Of a stretch of DNA of 64,000 nucleotides, positions 36,430 through 51,200 are shown one piece after another (within the stretch, counting starts at the first letter, position 1; each line of letters starts with the position of its first letter). Made by a program: the position numbers and the translations under genes. The DNA is from Haplodiscus bocki (taxonomy: Eukaryota), in assembly GCA_965655095.1 (NCBI GenBank), contig OZ296658.1:46252001-46316000 (forward strand), written 5' to 3'. The notes under the pieces are model-generated. The model made no database searches and was not told the DNA's origin. It worked only from the letters and a program-made list of their open reading frames with translations.

Positions 36430-39400
36430 ATTTTTTTCTTGAACTACTTCGGACAAAAAGGAAAGGAATCCACACTGACTGTAGAAGCCGATTGCACCCT
36501 TCGCCCATGTCTTCCTTAATAAGGTATCAAAATTCAAAACGACTGGGTTTAAGTAATTCATTGAATAAGCAATGTTTTACTCTTTAATTACTTAGGGCAT
36601 AAAGTAAACGGATCCAGACTGACTGTAACAACCTTTTGCATCCATCGCCCGTGTCTTCTCTCTGTGCATCAAAATCAAAGAGAATCGGATTTAGTGTTTC
36701 CTTGAATAAGCAACACTTCACTCTTGAATTACTTAGATCAAAAAGTAAACGAAACCGGACTGACTGTAACAACCGATTGCACCGTCCACGCATTTCTTCT
36801 TTTTTTATATCAAAACTCAAATTCAATGGATTTAATGTTTCATTGAATAAGCAGTAATATACATTCGAATTACTTAAAGCAGATGTAAACGAATACAGAC
36901 TGACTGCAACAACCGATTGCACTCTTCGAGCAAGTCTTCTCTTCATGAATCAAATATCGAGTGGGATTGCGATTCAATGTTTCGTTGAATAAGCTATATT
37001 CTACTCTTTGTATACTTAGGGCAAAAACTAAACGATTCCAGACTGACTGCATTAACCGATTGCACCCTTAGCCGATGTCTTCTCTCTGTATCAAAAATCC
37101 AAAGGAATCGGATTGCGTGTTTCATAGAATAGGCCATGTTTTACTCTTGAATAAAATTGGGCAAAAGTAAACGACTCCAGACTAACTGTAACAACCAATT
37201 GCGCCCGTTGCCCATGTCTTCTCTTTGTGTATCAAAATTCAGAAGGACTCGAAATTAGTGTTTCCTTGAAAAGGCAATACTTTATTCTTGAAATACTTAG
37301 GGCAAAAAAAAACGATTCCAGACTGACTGTAACATGCGACTGCTACTTCGCTCATGTCTTTTCTTTTTTTATCCAAATTCAAAAGGAATCGGATTTAGTG
37401 TATCTTTTTTGAAGCAATTTGTTACTCCTGAATTACTTAGGGCAAAAGTAAACGATTCCGGACTGACTGTAATAACCGATTGCACCGTCCACGCATGTCT
37501 TCTGTTTTATATCAAAATTCAAGTTCAATGGATTTAATGTTTCATTGAATAAGCAATGTTATACAATTGAATTACTTAAAGCAGATGTAAACGAATACAG
37601 ACTGACTGCAACAACCGATTGCACCCTTCACCCTGTCTTCTCTCTATTTTTCAAAATTAAAAAAAAATGCAAATAGTGTTTAATTGAGTAAGGATGATTT
37701 TACTCTTGAATTACTTAGGGCAAAAAGAAACTGAATCCAGACCGACGGGACCAACCGATTGCACCCTTCATCTGTGTCTGCTCTTTATGTATCAAAACTC
37801 AAAAGGAATGTCATTAATATTTCATTGAATAAGCAATGTTATACAATTGAATTACTTAAAGCAGATGTGAACGAATACAGATTGACTGCAACAACCGATT
37901 GCACCCTTCACCATGTCTTCTCTCTATTTTTCAAAATTAAAAAAAAGCAAATAGTGTTTCATTGAGTAAGGATGATTTTACCCTTGAATTACTTAGGGCA
38001 AAGAGAAACTGAATCCAGACCGACGGTACCAACCGATTGCACCCTTCATCTGTGTCTTCTCTTTATGTATCAAAACTCAAAAGGAGTGTCATTTCATTGA
38101 ATAAGCAAAATTTTGTTCTTCACTTCCTTAGGGCAAAAAGTAAACGAATCCCGTTCGATTGCAACAACCGATTGCAATCATCGCCCATGTCTTCCTTCTT
38201 ACGGTATCAAATGTCAAAACGACTGGGTTTAAGTAATTCTATGAATAAGCAATGTTTTACTCTTTAATTACTTCGGGCAGGAAGTAAACGGATCCAGAGT
38301 GTTTGTAACAACCTTTTGCATCCATCGCCCGTGTCTTCTCTCTATGCATCAAAATCAAAAAGAATCGGATTTAGTGTTTCCTTGAATAAGCAATATTTCA
38401 CTCTTGAATTACTCAGATCAAAAAGTAAACGAATCCGGACTGACTGTAACAACCGATTGCACCGTCCACGCATGTCTTCTGTTTTATATCAAAATTCAAG
38501 TTCAATAGATTTAGTGTTTCATTGAATAAGCATTACTTTACTCTTGGAATACTCAGGGCAAAAAGTAAACGAATCCAGATTGACTGTAACAACCGATTGC
38601 ACTCTTCAAGCAAGTCTTCTCTTCATGAATCAAATATCGAAAGGAATGCGATTCAATGTTTCGTTGAATAAGCTATACTCTACTCTTTATTTACTTAGGA
38701 CAAAAAGTAAACGATTCCAGACTGACTGCATTAACCGATTGCACCCTTCGCCGATGTCTTCCTTTTGTATCAAAAATCAAAAGTAATCGGATTGAGTGTT
38801 TCATAAAATAGGCAATATTTTACTCTTGAATAAAATAGGGCAAAAAGTAAACGACTCCAGACTGACTGTAACAACAAATTGCGCCCGTTGCCCATGTCTT
38901 CTCTTTGTGTATCAAAATTCAGAAGGACTCGAAATTAGTGTTTCCTTGAGAAGGCAATATTTTATTCTTGAAATACTTAGGGCAGAAAAAACGATTCCAG
39001 ACTGACTGTAACATGCGACTGCTACTTCGCTCATGTTTTCTCTTCAGGTATCAAAAATCAAAAGGAATGGGACTTACTGTTTCATTGATTAGGCAAAAAT
39101 TTATTCTTGAAATATTTAGGGCAAAAAAAACGATTCCAGACTGACTGTAACATGCAACTGCTACTTCGCTCATGTCTTATCTTTTTTTATCCAAAGTCAA
39201 AAGGAATCGGATTTAGTGTATCTTTTTTGAAGCAATTTGTTACTCCTGAATTACTTAGGGCAAAAGTAAACGATTCCGGACTGACTGTAATAACCGATTG
39301 CACCGTCCACGCATGTCTTCTGTTTTATATCAAAATTCAAGTTCAATGGATTTAGTGTTTCTTTGAATAAGCAATGTTATACAATTGAATTACTTAAAGC

Positions 39401-42400
39401 AGATGTAAACGAATACAGACTGACTGCAACAACCGATTGCACCCTTCACCATGTCTTCTCTCTGTTTTTCAAAATTAAAAAAAAGCAAATAGTGTTTCAT
39501 TGAGTAAGGATGATTTTACTCTTGAATTACTTAGGGCAAAGAGAAACTGAATCCAGACCGACGGTACCAACCGATTGCACCCTTCATCTGTGTCTTCTCT
39601 TTATGTATCAAAACTCAAAAGGAATGTCATTAATGTTTCATTGAATAGGCAATATTTTGTTCTTCACTTCCTTAGGGCAAAAGTAAACGAATCCCGTTCG
39701 ATTGCAACAACCGATTGCAATCTTCGCCCATGTCTTCCTTCTTACGGTATCAAATGTCAAAACGACTGGGTTTAAGTAATTCTATGAATAAGCAATGTTT
39801 TACTCTTTAATTACTTAGGGCAGGAAGTAAACGGATCCAGAGTGTTTGTAACAACCTTTTGCATCCATCGCCCGTGTCTTCTCTCTATGCATCAAAATCA
39901 AAAAGAATCGGATTTAGTGTTTCCTTGAATAAGCAATATTTCACTCTTGAATTACTTCGGACAAAAAGGAAAGGAATCCACACTGACTGTAGAAGCCGAT
40001 TGCACCCTTCGCCCATGTCTTCCTTAATAAGGTATCAAAATTCAAAACGACTGGGTTTAAGTAATTCATTGAATAAGCAATGTTTTACTCTTTAATTACT
40101 TAGGGCATAAAGTAAACGGATCCAGACTGACTGTAACAACCCTTTGCATCCATCGCCCTTGTCTTCTCTCTGTGCATCAAAATCAAAGAGAATCGGATTT
40201 AGTGTTTCCTTGAATAAGCAATATTTCACTCTTGAATTACTTAGATCAAAAAGTAAACGAAACCGGACTGACTGTAACAACCGATTGCACCGTCCACGCA
40301 TGTCTTCTTTTTTTTATATCAAAATTCAAATTCAATGGATTTAGTGTTTCATTGAATAAGCAATACTTTACTCTTGGAATACTCAGGGCAAAAAGTAAAC
40401 GAATCCAGATTGACTGTAACAACCGATTGCACTCTTCAAGCAAGTCTTCTCTTCATGAATCAAATATCGAGTGGGATTGCGATTCAATGTTTCGTTGAAT
40501 AAGCTATATTCTACTCTTTGTATACTTAGGGCAAAAACTAAACGATTCCAGACTGACTGCATTAACCGATTGCACCCTTAGCCGATGTCTTCTCTCTGTA
40601 TCAAATATCCAAAGGAATCGGATTGCGTGTTTCAAAGAATAGGCCATGTTTTACTCTTGAATAAAATTGGGCAAAAGTAAACGACTCCAGACTGACTGTA
40701 ACAACCAATTGCGCCCGTTGCCCATGTCTTCTCTTTGTGTATCAAAATTCAGAAGGACTCGAAATTAGTGTTTCCTTGAGAAGGCAATATTTTATTCTTG
40801 AAATACTTAGGGCAGAAAAAACGAATCCAGACTGACCGTAACATGCGACTGCTACTTCGCTCATGTTTTCTCTTCAGGTATCAAAAATCAAAAGGAATGG
40901 GATTTACTGTTTCATTGATTAGGCAAAAATTTATTCTTGAAATACTTAGGGCAAAAAAAACGATTCCAGACTGACTGTAAAATGCGACTGCTACTTCGCT
41001 CATGTTTTCTCTTCAGGTATCAAAAATCAAAAGGAATTGGATTTACTGTTTCATTGATTAGGCAAAAATTTATTCTTGAAATACTTAGGGCAAAAAAAAA
41101 CGATTCCAGACTGACTGTAAAATGCGACTGCTACTTCGCTCATGTTTTCTCTTCAGGTATCAAAAATCAAAAGGAATGGGATTTACTGTTTCATTGATAA
41201 GGCAAAAATTTATTCTTGAAATACTTAGGGCAAAAAAAAACGATTCCAGACTGACTGTAACATGCGACTGCTACTTCGCTCATGTCTTTTCTTTTTTTAT
41301 CCTAATTCAAAAGGAATCGGATTTAGTATATCATTTTTGAAGCAATTTGTTACTCCTGAATTACTTAGGGCAAAAGTAAACGATTCCGGACTGACTGTAA
41401 TAACCGATTGCACCGTCCACGCATGTCTTCTGTTTTATATCAAAATTCAAGTTCAATGGATTTAGTGTTTCTTTGAATAAGCAATGTTATACAATTGAAT
41501 TACTTAAAGCAGATGTAAACGAATACAGACTGACTGCAACAACCGATTGCACCCTTCACCATGTCTTCTCTCTATTTTTCAAAATTAAAAAAAAATGCAA
41601 ATAGTGTTTCATTGAGTAAGGATGATTTTACTCTTGAATTACTTAGGGCAAAAAGAAACTGAATCCAGACCGACGGGACCAACCGATTGCACCCTTCATC
41701 TGTGTCTTCTCTTTATGTATCAAAACTCAAAAGGAATGTCATTAATATTTCATTGAATAAGCAATATATTGTTCTTCACTTCCTTAGGGCAAAAAGTAAA
41801 CGAATCCCGTTCGATTGCAACAACCGATTGCAATCTTCGCCCATGTCTTCCTTCTTACGGTATCAAATGTCAAAACGACTGGGTTTAAGTAATTCTATGA
41901 ATAAGCAATGTTTTACTCTTTAATTACTTCGGGCAGGAATTAAACGGATCCAGAGTGTTTGTAACAACCTTTTGCATCCATCGCCCGTGTCTTCTCTCTA
42001 TGCATCAAAATCAAAAAGAATCGGACTTAGTGTTTCCTTGAATAAGCAATATTTCACTCTTGAATTACTCAGATCAAAAAGTAAACGAATCCGGACTGAC
42101 TGTAACAACCGATTGCACCGTCCATGCATGTCTTCTTTTTTATATCAAAATTCAAGTTCAATGAATTTAGTGTTTCATTGAATAAGCAATACTTTACTCT
42201 TGGAATACTCAGGGCAAAAAGTAAACGAATCCAGATTGACTGTAACAACCGATTGCACTCTTCAAGCAAGTCTTCTCTTCATGAATCGAATATCGAAAGG
42301 AATGCGATTCAATGTTTCGTTGAATAAGCTATATTCTACTTTTTTTTTATTTAGGTCAAAAAGTAAACGATTCCAGACTGACTGTAACAACCGATTGCAC

Positions 42401-45400
42401 CGTCCACGCATGTCTTCTTTTTTATAACAAAATTCAAGTTCAATGGATTTAGTCTTTCATTGAATAAGCAATACTTTACTCTTGGAATACTCAGGGCAAA
42501 AAGTAAACGAATCCAGATTGACTGTAACAACCGATTGCACTCTTCAAGCAAGTCTTCTCTTCATGAATCGAATATCGAAAGGAACGCGATTCAATGTTTC
42601 GTTGATTAAGCTATCTTCTACTCTCTGTATACTTAGGGCAAAAACTAAACGATTCCAGACTGACTGCATTAACCGATTGCACCTTTCGCCGATGTCTTCT
42701 CCTTTTGTATCAAAATTCAGAAGGACTCGAAATTAGTGTTTCTTTGAGAAGGCGATATTTTTTTCTTGAATTACTCAGGGAAAAAGTAAACGAATCAAGA
42801 CGGACTGCAACAACCGATTGCATCCTCCACCCATGTTTTCTCTTCAGGTATCAAAAATCAAAAGGAATGGGATTTACTGTTTCAATGAATAGTCAAAAGC
42901 TTATTCTTGAAATATTTAGGGCAAAAAGAAAACGATTCCAGACTGACTGTAACTTGCGACTGCTATTTCGCTCATGTCTTTTCTTTTTTTATCCAAATTC
43001 AAAAGGAATCGGATTTAGTGTTTCATTGCTTAAGCAATTTCTTACTCCTGAATTACTTAGGGCAAAAAGTAAGCAATTCCGGACTGTCTGTATCAACGCA
43101 TTGCATATTTCAAGCAAGTCTTCTCTTCATGAATCAAATATCGAAAGGAATGCGATTCAATGTTTCGTTGAATAAGCTATACTCTACTCTTTATTTACTT
43201 AGGACAAAAAGTAAACGATTCCAGACTGACTGCATTAACCGATTGCACCCTTCGCCGATGTCTTCCTTTTGTATCAAAAATCAAAAGTAATCGGATTGAG
43301 TGTTTCATAAAATCGGCAATATTTTACTCTTGAATAAAATAGGGCAAAAGTAAACGACTTCAGACCGACTGTAACAACCAATTGCGCCCTTCGCCCATGT
43401 CTTTTCTTTGTGTATCAAAATTCAGAAGGACTGGAAATTAGTGTTTCTTTGAGAAGGCGATATTTTACTCTTGAATTGCTCAGGGAATAAAGTAAACGAA
43501 TCAAGACGGACTGTAACAACCGATTGCATCCTCCGCCCATGTTTTCTCTTCAGGTATCAAAAGTCAAAAGGAATGGGATTTACTGTTTCATTGAATGGGC
43601 AAAAGTTTATTTCTTGGAATACTTAGGTAAAAAAAAATGATTCCACACTGACTGTAACATGCGACTGCTAATTCGCTCATGTCTTTTCTTTTTTATTCCA
43701 AATTCAAAAGGAATCGGATTTAGTGTTTCACTGTTTAAGCAGTTTTTTCTCCTGAATTACTTAGGGCAAAAAGTAAACGATTCCGGACTGACTGTATCAA
43801 CGCAATGCATACTTCAAGCAAGTCTTCTCTTCATGAATCAAATATCGGAAGGAATGCGATTCAATGTTTCTTTGAATAAGCTATATTCTACTCTTTATTC
43901 ACTTAGGGCAAAAAGTAAACGATTCCAGACTGACTGCATTAACCGATTGCACCCTTCGCCGATGTCTTCCCTTTGTATCAAAAATCAAAATTAATCGGAT
44001 TGAGTGTTTCATAGAATAGGCAAAATTTTACTCTTGAATAAAATAGGGCAAAAGTAAACGACTCCAGACTGACTGTAACAACCAATTGCTCCCTTCGCCC
44101 ATGTCTTCTCTTTGTGTATCAAAATTCAGGAGGACTCGAAATTAGTGTTTCTTTGAGAAGGCGATATTTTACTCTTGAATTACTCAGGGAATAAAGTAAA
44201 CGAATCAAGACGGACTGTAACAACCGATTGCATCCTCCGCCCATGTTTTCGCTTCAGGTATCAAAAATCAAAAGGAATGGGATTTACTGTTTCATTGAAT
44301 CGGCAAAAAGTTATTTCTTGAATTACTTAGGTCAAAAAGAAAATGATTCCACACTGACTGTAACATACGACTGCTACTTCGCTCATGTCTTTTCTTTTTT
44401 AATCCAAATTCAAAAGGAATCGGTTTTAGTGTTTCATTGTTTAAGCAATTTTTTACTCCTGAATTACTTTGGGCAAAAAGTAAACGATTCCGGACTGACT
44501 GTAACAACCGATTGCACCGTCCACGCATGTCTTCTTTTTTCTCTCAAAATTCAAGTTCAATGAATTTAATGTTTCATTGAATAAGCAATCTTATACAATT
44601 GAACTACTTAAAGCAGATGTAAACGAATACAGACTGACTGCAACAACCGATTGCACCTTTCGCCCATGTCTTCCCTTTAGGTATCAAAATACAAAAGGAA
44701 ACGAATTTAGTGTTTCATTGAGAAGGCGTTATTTCACTCTTGAATTACTTAGGGCAAAAAGCAAACGAATCCAGACTGAGTGTAACAACCCCTTGCATAC
44801 TTCAAGCAAGTCTTCTCTTCATGAATCAAATATCGAAAGGAATGCGGTTCAATGCTTCGTTGAATAAGCTATATTCTACTCTTTATTCACTTAGGGCAAA
44901 AAGTAAACGATTCCAGACTGACTGCATTAACCGATTGCACCCTTCGCCGATGTCTTCCCTTTGTATCAAAAATCAAAAGTAATCGGATTGAGTGTTTCAT
45001 AGAATAGGCAAAATTTTACTCTTGAATAAAATAGGGCAAAAGTAAACGACTCCAGACTGACTGTAACAACCAATTGCGCCCTTCGCCCATGTCTTCTCTT
45101 TGTGTATCAAAATTCAGGAGGACTCGAAATTAGTGTTTCTTTGAGAAGGCGATATTTTACTCTTGAATTACTCAGGGAAGAAAGTAAACGAATCAAGACG
45201 GACTGTAACAACCGATTGCATCCTCCGCCCATGTTTTCGCTTCAGGTATCAAAAATCAAAAGGAATGGGATTTACTGTTTCATTGAATCGGCAAAAAGTT
45301 ATTTCTTGAATTACTTAGGTCAAAAAGAAAATGATTCCACACTGACTGTAACATACGACTGCTACTTCGCTCATGTCTTTTTTTTTAATCCAAATTCAAA

Positions 45401-48400
45401 AGGAATCGGTTTTAGTGTTTCATTGTTTAAGCAATTTTTTACTCCTGAATTACTTAGGGCAAAAAGTAAACGATTCCGGACTGACTGTAACAACCGATTG
45501 CACCGTCCACGCATGTCTTCTTTTTTCTCTCAAAATTCAAGTTCAATGAATTTAATGTTTCATTGAATAAGCAATCTTATACAATTGAACTACTTAAAGC
45601 AGATGTAAACGAATACAGACTGACGGCAACAACCGATTGCACCTTTCGCCCATGTCTTCCCTTTAGGTATCAAAATACAAAAGGAAACGAATTTAGTGTT
45701 TCATTGAGAAGGCGTTATTTCACTCTTGAATTACTTAGGGCAAAAAGCAAACGAATCCAGACTGACTGTAACAACCCCTTGCATACTTCAAGCAAGTCTT
45801 CTCTTCATGAATCAAATATCGAAAGGAATGCGGTTCAATGCTTCGTTGAATAAGCTATATTCTACTCTTTATTTACTTAGGGCAAAAAGTAAACGATTCC
45901 AGACTGACAGCACTAACCAATTGCACGCTTCGCCGATGTCTTCTCTTTGTATCAAAAATCAAAATTAATCGGATTGAGTGTTTCATAGAATAGGCAATAT
46001 CTTACTCTTCAATAAAATAGGGCAAAAGTAAACGACTCCAGACTGACTGTAACAACCAATTGCGCCCTCGCCCATGTCTTCTCTTTGTGTTTCAAAAATA
46101 AAAAAAATGCAAATAGTGTTTCATTGAGTAAGGATGATTTTACTCTTGAATTACTTAGGGCAAAGAGAAACTGAATCCAGACCGACGGTACCAACCGATT
46201 GCACCCTTCATCTGTGTCTTCTCTTTTTGTATCAAAGCTCAAAAGGAATGGCATCAATTTTTCATTGAATAAGCAATATTTTGTTCTTCACGTACTTAGG
46301 GCAAAAAGTAAACGAATCCCGTTCGATTGCAACAACCGATTGCAATCTTCGCCCATGTCTTCCTTCTTACGGTGTCAAATGTCAAAACGACTGGGTTTAA
46401 GTAATTCTATGAATAAGCAATGTTTTACTCTTTAATTACTTCGGGCAGGAAGTAAACGGATCCAGACTGACTGTAACAACCTTTTGCATCCATCGCTCGT
46501 GTCTTCCCTCTATGCATCAAAATCAAAAAGAATCGGATTTAGTGTTTCCTTGAATAAGCAATATTTCACTCTTGAATTACTCAGGGCAAAAAGTAAACGA
46601 ATCCAGATTGACTGTAACAACCGATTGCACTCTTCAAGCAGATCTTCTCTTCATGAATCGAATATCGAAAGGAATGCGATTCAATGTTTCGTTGAAAAAG
46701 CTTTATTCTACTTTTTTTTACTTAGGTCAAAAAGTAAACGATTGCAGACTGACTGTAACAACCGATTGCACCGTCCACGCATGTCTTCTTTTTTATATGA
46801 AAATTCAAGTTCAATGGATTTAGTGTTTCATTGAATAAGCAATACTTTACTCTTGGAATACTCAGGGCAAAAAGTAAACGAATCCAGATTGACTGTAACA
46901 ACCGATTGCACTCTTCAAGCAAGTCTTCTCTTCATGAATCGAATATCGAAAGGAATGCGATTCAATGTTTCGTTGATTAAGCTATATTCTACTCTTTGTA
47001 TACTTAGGGCAAAAACTAAACGATTCCTGACTGACTGCATTAACCGATTGCACCCTTCGCCGATGTCTTCTCCTTGTGTATCAAAATTCAGAAGGACTCG
47101 AATTTAGTGTTTCTTTGAGAAGGCGATATTTTACTCTTGAATTACTCAGGAAAAAAGTAAACGAATCAAGACGGACTGCAACAACCGATTGCATCCTCCA
47201 CCCTTGTTTTCTCTTCAGGTATCAAAAATCAAAAGGAATGGGATTTACTGTTTCAATGAATAGGCAAAATCTTATTCTTGAAATATTTAGGGCAAAAAGA
47301 AAACGATTCCAGACTGACTGTGACATGCGACTGCTATTTCGCTCATGTCTTTTCTTTTTTTATCCAAATTCAAAAGGAATCGGATTTAGTGTTTCATTGC
47401 TTAAGCAATTTTTTACTCCTGAATTACTTAGGGCAAAAAGTAAACGATTCCGGACTGACTGTATCAACGCATTGCATACTTCAAGCAAGTCTTCTCTTCA
47501 TGAATCAAATATCGAAAGGAATGCGATTCAATGTTTCGTTGAGTAGGCTATATTCTACTCTTTGTTTACTTCGGGCAAAAAGTAAACGATTCCAGACTGA
47601 CTGCATTAACCGATTGCACCCTTCACCGATGTCTTCCCTTTGTATCAAAAATCAAAAGTAATCGGATTGAGTGTTTCATAGAATAGGCAATATTTTACTC
47701 TTGAATAAAATAGGGCAAAAGTAAACGACTCCAGACCGACTGTAACAACCAATTGCGCCCTTCGCCCATGTCTTCTTTTTGTGTATCAAAATTCAGAAGG
47801 ACTCGAATTTAGTGTTTCTTTGAGAAGGCGATATTTTACTCTTGAATTACTCAGGGAATAAAGTAAACGAATCAAGACGGACTGTAACAACCGATTGCAT
47901 CCTCCGCCCATGTTTTCTCTTCAGGTATCAAAAATCAAAAGGAATGCGATTCACTGTTTCATTGAATAGGCACAAGTTTATTTCTTGGAATATTTAGGTC
48001 AAAAAAAATGATTCCACACTGACTGTAACATGCGACTGCTACTTCGCTCATGTCTTTTCTTTTTTATTCCAAATTCAAAAGGAATCGGATTTAGTGTTTC
48101 ACACTTTAGGCAATTTTTTACTCTTGAATTACTTAGGGCAAAAAGTAAACGATTCCGGACTGACTGTATCAACGCATTGCATACTTCAAGCAAGTCTTCT
48201 CTTCACGAATCAAATATCGAAAGGAATGCGATTCCTTGTTTCGTTGAATAAGCAATATTCTACTCTTTATTTAATTCGGACAAAAAGTAAACGATTCCAG
48301 ACTGACTGCATTAACCGATTGCACCCTTCACCGATGTCTTCCCTTTGTATCAAAAATCAAAAGTAATCGGATTGAGTGTTTCATAGAATAGGCAATATTT

Positions 48401-51200
48401 TACTCTTGAATAAAATAGGGCAAAAGTAAACGACTCCAGACCGACTGTAACAACCAATTGCGCCCTTCGCCCATGTCTTCTCTTTGTGTATCAAAATTCA
48501 GAAGGACTCGAAATTAGTGTTTCTTTGAGAAGGCGATATTTCACTCTTGAATTACTCAGGGAATAAAGTAAACGAATCAAGAAGGACTCTAACAACCGAT
48601 TGCATCCTCCGCCCATGTTTTTTCTTCAGGTATCAAAAATCAGAAGGAATGGGATTTACTGTTTCCGTGAATAGGCAAAAGTTTATTTCTTGAAATACTT
48701 AGGTCAAAAAGAAAATGATTCCACACTCACTGACTGTAGCATGCGACTGCTACTTCGCAAATGTCTTTTCTTTTTTAATCCAAATTCAAAAGGAATCGGA
48801 TTTAGTGTTGCATTGTTTAAGCAATTTTTTTACTCCGGAATTACTTAGGGCAAAAAGTAAACGATTCCGGACTGACTGTAACAACCGATTGCACCGTCCA
48901 CGCATGTCTTCTTTTTTCTCTCAAAATTCAAGTTCAATGAATTTAATGTTTCATTGAATAGGCAATCTTATACAATTGAACTACTTAAAGCAGATGTAAA
49001 CGAATACAGATTGACTGCAACAACCGATTGCACCTTTTGCCCATTTCTTCCCTTTAGGTATCAAAATTCAAAAGGAAACTAATTTAGTGTTTCATTGAGA
49101 AGGCGTTATTTCATTCTTGAATTAATTAGGGCAAAAAGCAAACGAATCCAGACTGACTGTAACAACCCCTTGCATACTTCAAGCAAGTCTTCTCTTCATG
49201 AATCGAATATCGAAAGGAATGCGATTCAATGTTTCGTTGATTAAGCTATATTCTACTCTTTGTATACTTAGGGCAAAAACTAAACGATTCCTGACTGACT
49301 GCATTAACCGATTGCACCCTTCGCCGATGTCTTCTCCTTGTGTATCAAAAATCAGAAGGACTCAAGTTTAGTGTTTCCTTGAGAAGGCGATATTTCACTC
49401 TTGAATTACTCAGGGAAAAAAGTAAACGAATCAAGACGGACTGTAACAACCGATTGCATCCTCCGCTCATGTTTTCTCTTCAGGTATCAAAAATCAAAAG
49501 GAATGGGATTTACTGTTTCATTGATTAGGCAAAAATTTATTCTTGAAATACTTAGGGCAAAAAGAAAACGATTCCACACTGACTGTAGCATGCGACTGCT
49601 ACTTCGCTCATGTCTTTTCCTTTTTAATCCAAATTCAAAAGGAATCGGATTTAGTGTTTCATTGTTTAAGCAATTTTTTACTCCTGAATTACTTAGGGAA
49701 AAAATTAAACGATTCCGGACTGACTGCAACAACCGATTGCACCGCCCACGCATGTCTTCTTTTTTAAATCAAAGTTCAAGTTCAATGGATTTAGTGTTTC
49801 AATGAATAAGCAATACAATTGAATTACTTAAAGCAGATGTAAACGAATACCGAGTGACTGCAACAACCGATTGCACCTTTCGCCCATGTCTTCCTTTTGT
49901 GTATCAAAATTCAAAAGGAAACGGATTTAGTGTTTCATTGAATAAGCAATACTTTACTCTTGGAATACTCAGGGCAAAAAGTAAACGAATCCCGATTGAC
50001 TGTAACAACCGATTGCACTCTTCAAGCAAGTCTTCTCTTCTTGAATCAAATATCGAAAGGAATGCGATTCAATGTTTCGTTGTATAAGCTATATTCTACT
50101 TTTTATTCACTCAGGGCAAAACTTAAACGATTCCAGACTGACTGCATTAACCGATTGCACCCTTCGCCGATGTCATCTCTTTTTATCAAAAATCAAAAGT
50201 AATCGGATTGAGTGTTTCATAGAATAGGTAATATTTTACCCTTGAAAAAAATAGGGCAAAAGTAAACGACTCCAGACTGTTTGTAACAACCAATTGCGCC
50301 CATCGCCCATGTCTTCTCTTTGTGTATCAAAATTCAGAAGGACTCGAAATTAGTGTTTCTTCGAGAAGGCGATATTTTACTCTTGAATTACTCAGGGAAA
50401 AAAGTAAACGAGTAAAGACGGACTGTAACAACCGATTGCATCCTCCGCCCATGTTTTCTCTTCAGGTATCAAAAATCAAAAGGAACGGGATTTACTGTTT
50501 CATTGAATAGGCAAAAGTTTATTTCTTGAAATACTTAGGTCAAAAAGAAAATGACTCCACACTGACTGTAACATGCGACTGCTACTTCGTTCATGTCTTT
50601 TCTTTTTTTATCCAAATTCAAAAGGAATCGGATCTAGTGTTTCATTCTTTGAGCAATTTTTTGCTCCTAAATTACTTAGGGCAAAAAATAAACGATTCCG
50701 GACTGACTGTAACAACCGATTGCACCGTCCACGCATGTCTTCTTTTTTAAATCAAAGTTCAATTTTATTGGATTTAGTGTTTCATTGACTAAGCAATATT
50801 ATACAATTGAATTACTTAAAGCAGATGTAAACGAATACATACTTACTGCAACAACCGATTGCACCTTTCGCCCATGTCTTCCCTTTAGGTATCAAAATTC
50901 AAAAGGAACCGAACTTAGTGTTTCATTGAACGAGCAAAACTTTACTCTTGAATTACTTAGGGTAAAAAATAAACGAATCCAGATTGACTGTAACAACCGA
51001 TTGCTCCCTTTGCCCATGTGTTCTGTTTGTGTATCAAAAATCAGAAGGACTCGAATTTAGTGTTTCCTTGAGAAGGCGATATTTCACTCTTGATTTATTT
51101 AGGGCAAAAAGTAAACGAATCCAGACTGACTGTAACAACCTATTGCATACTTCGCCCATGTCTTGTCTTCCTGTATCAAAATTCAAAAGGAAACGGATTT
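36430..51200 (+). repeat. Satellite domain with its own monomer set, a nested 7-mer (986 bp) and a ~31-mer (4371 bp) duplication
   Basis: Diagnostic monomers CACCGTCCACGCATG, CATGCGACTGCTACTTCGC and CTTCAAGCAAGTC. Offsets 44577/45563 (986) and 42482/46853, 42705/47076, 42907/47278, 43659/48030 (4371). Confidence 0.88.
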
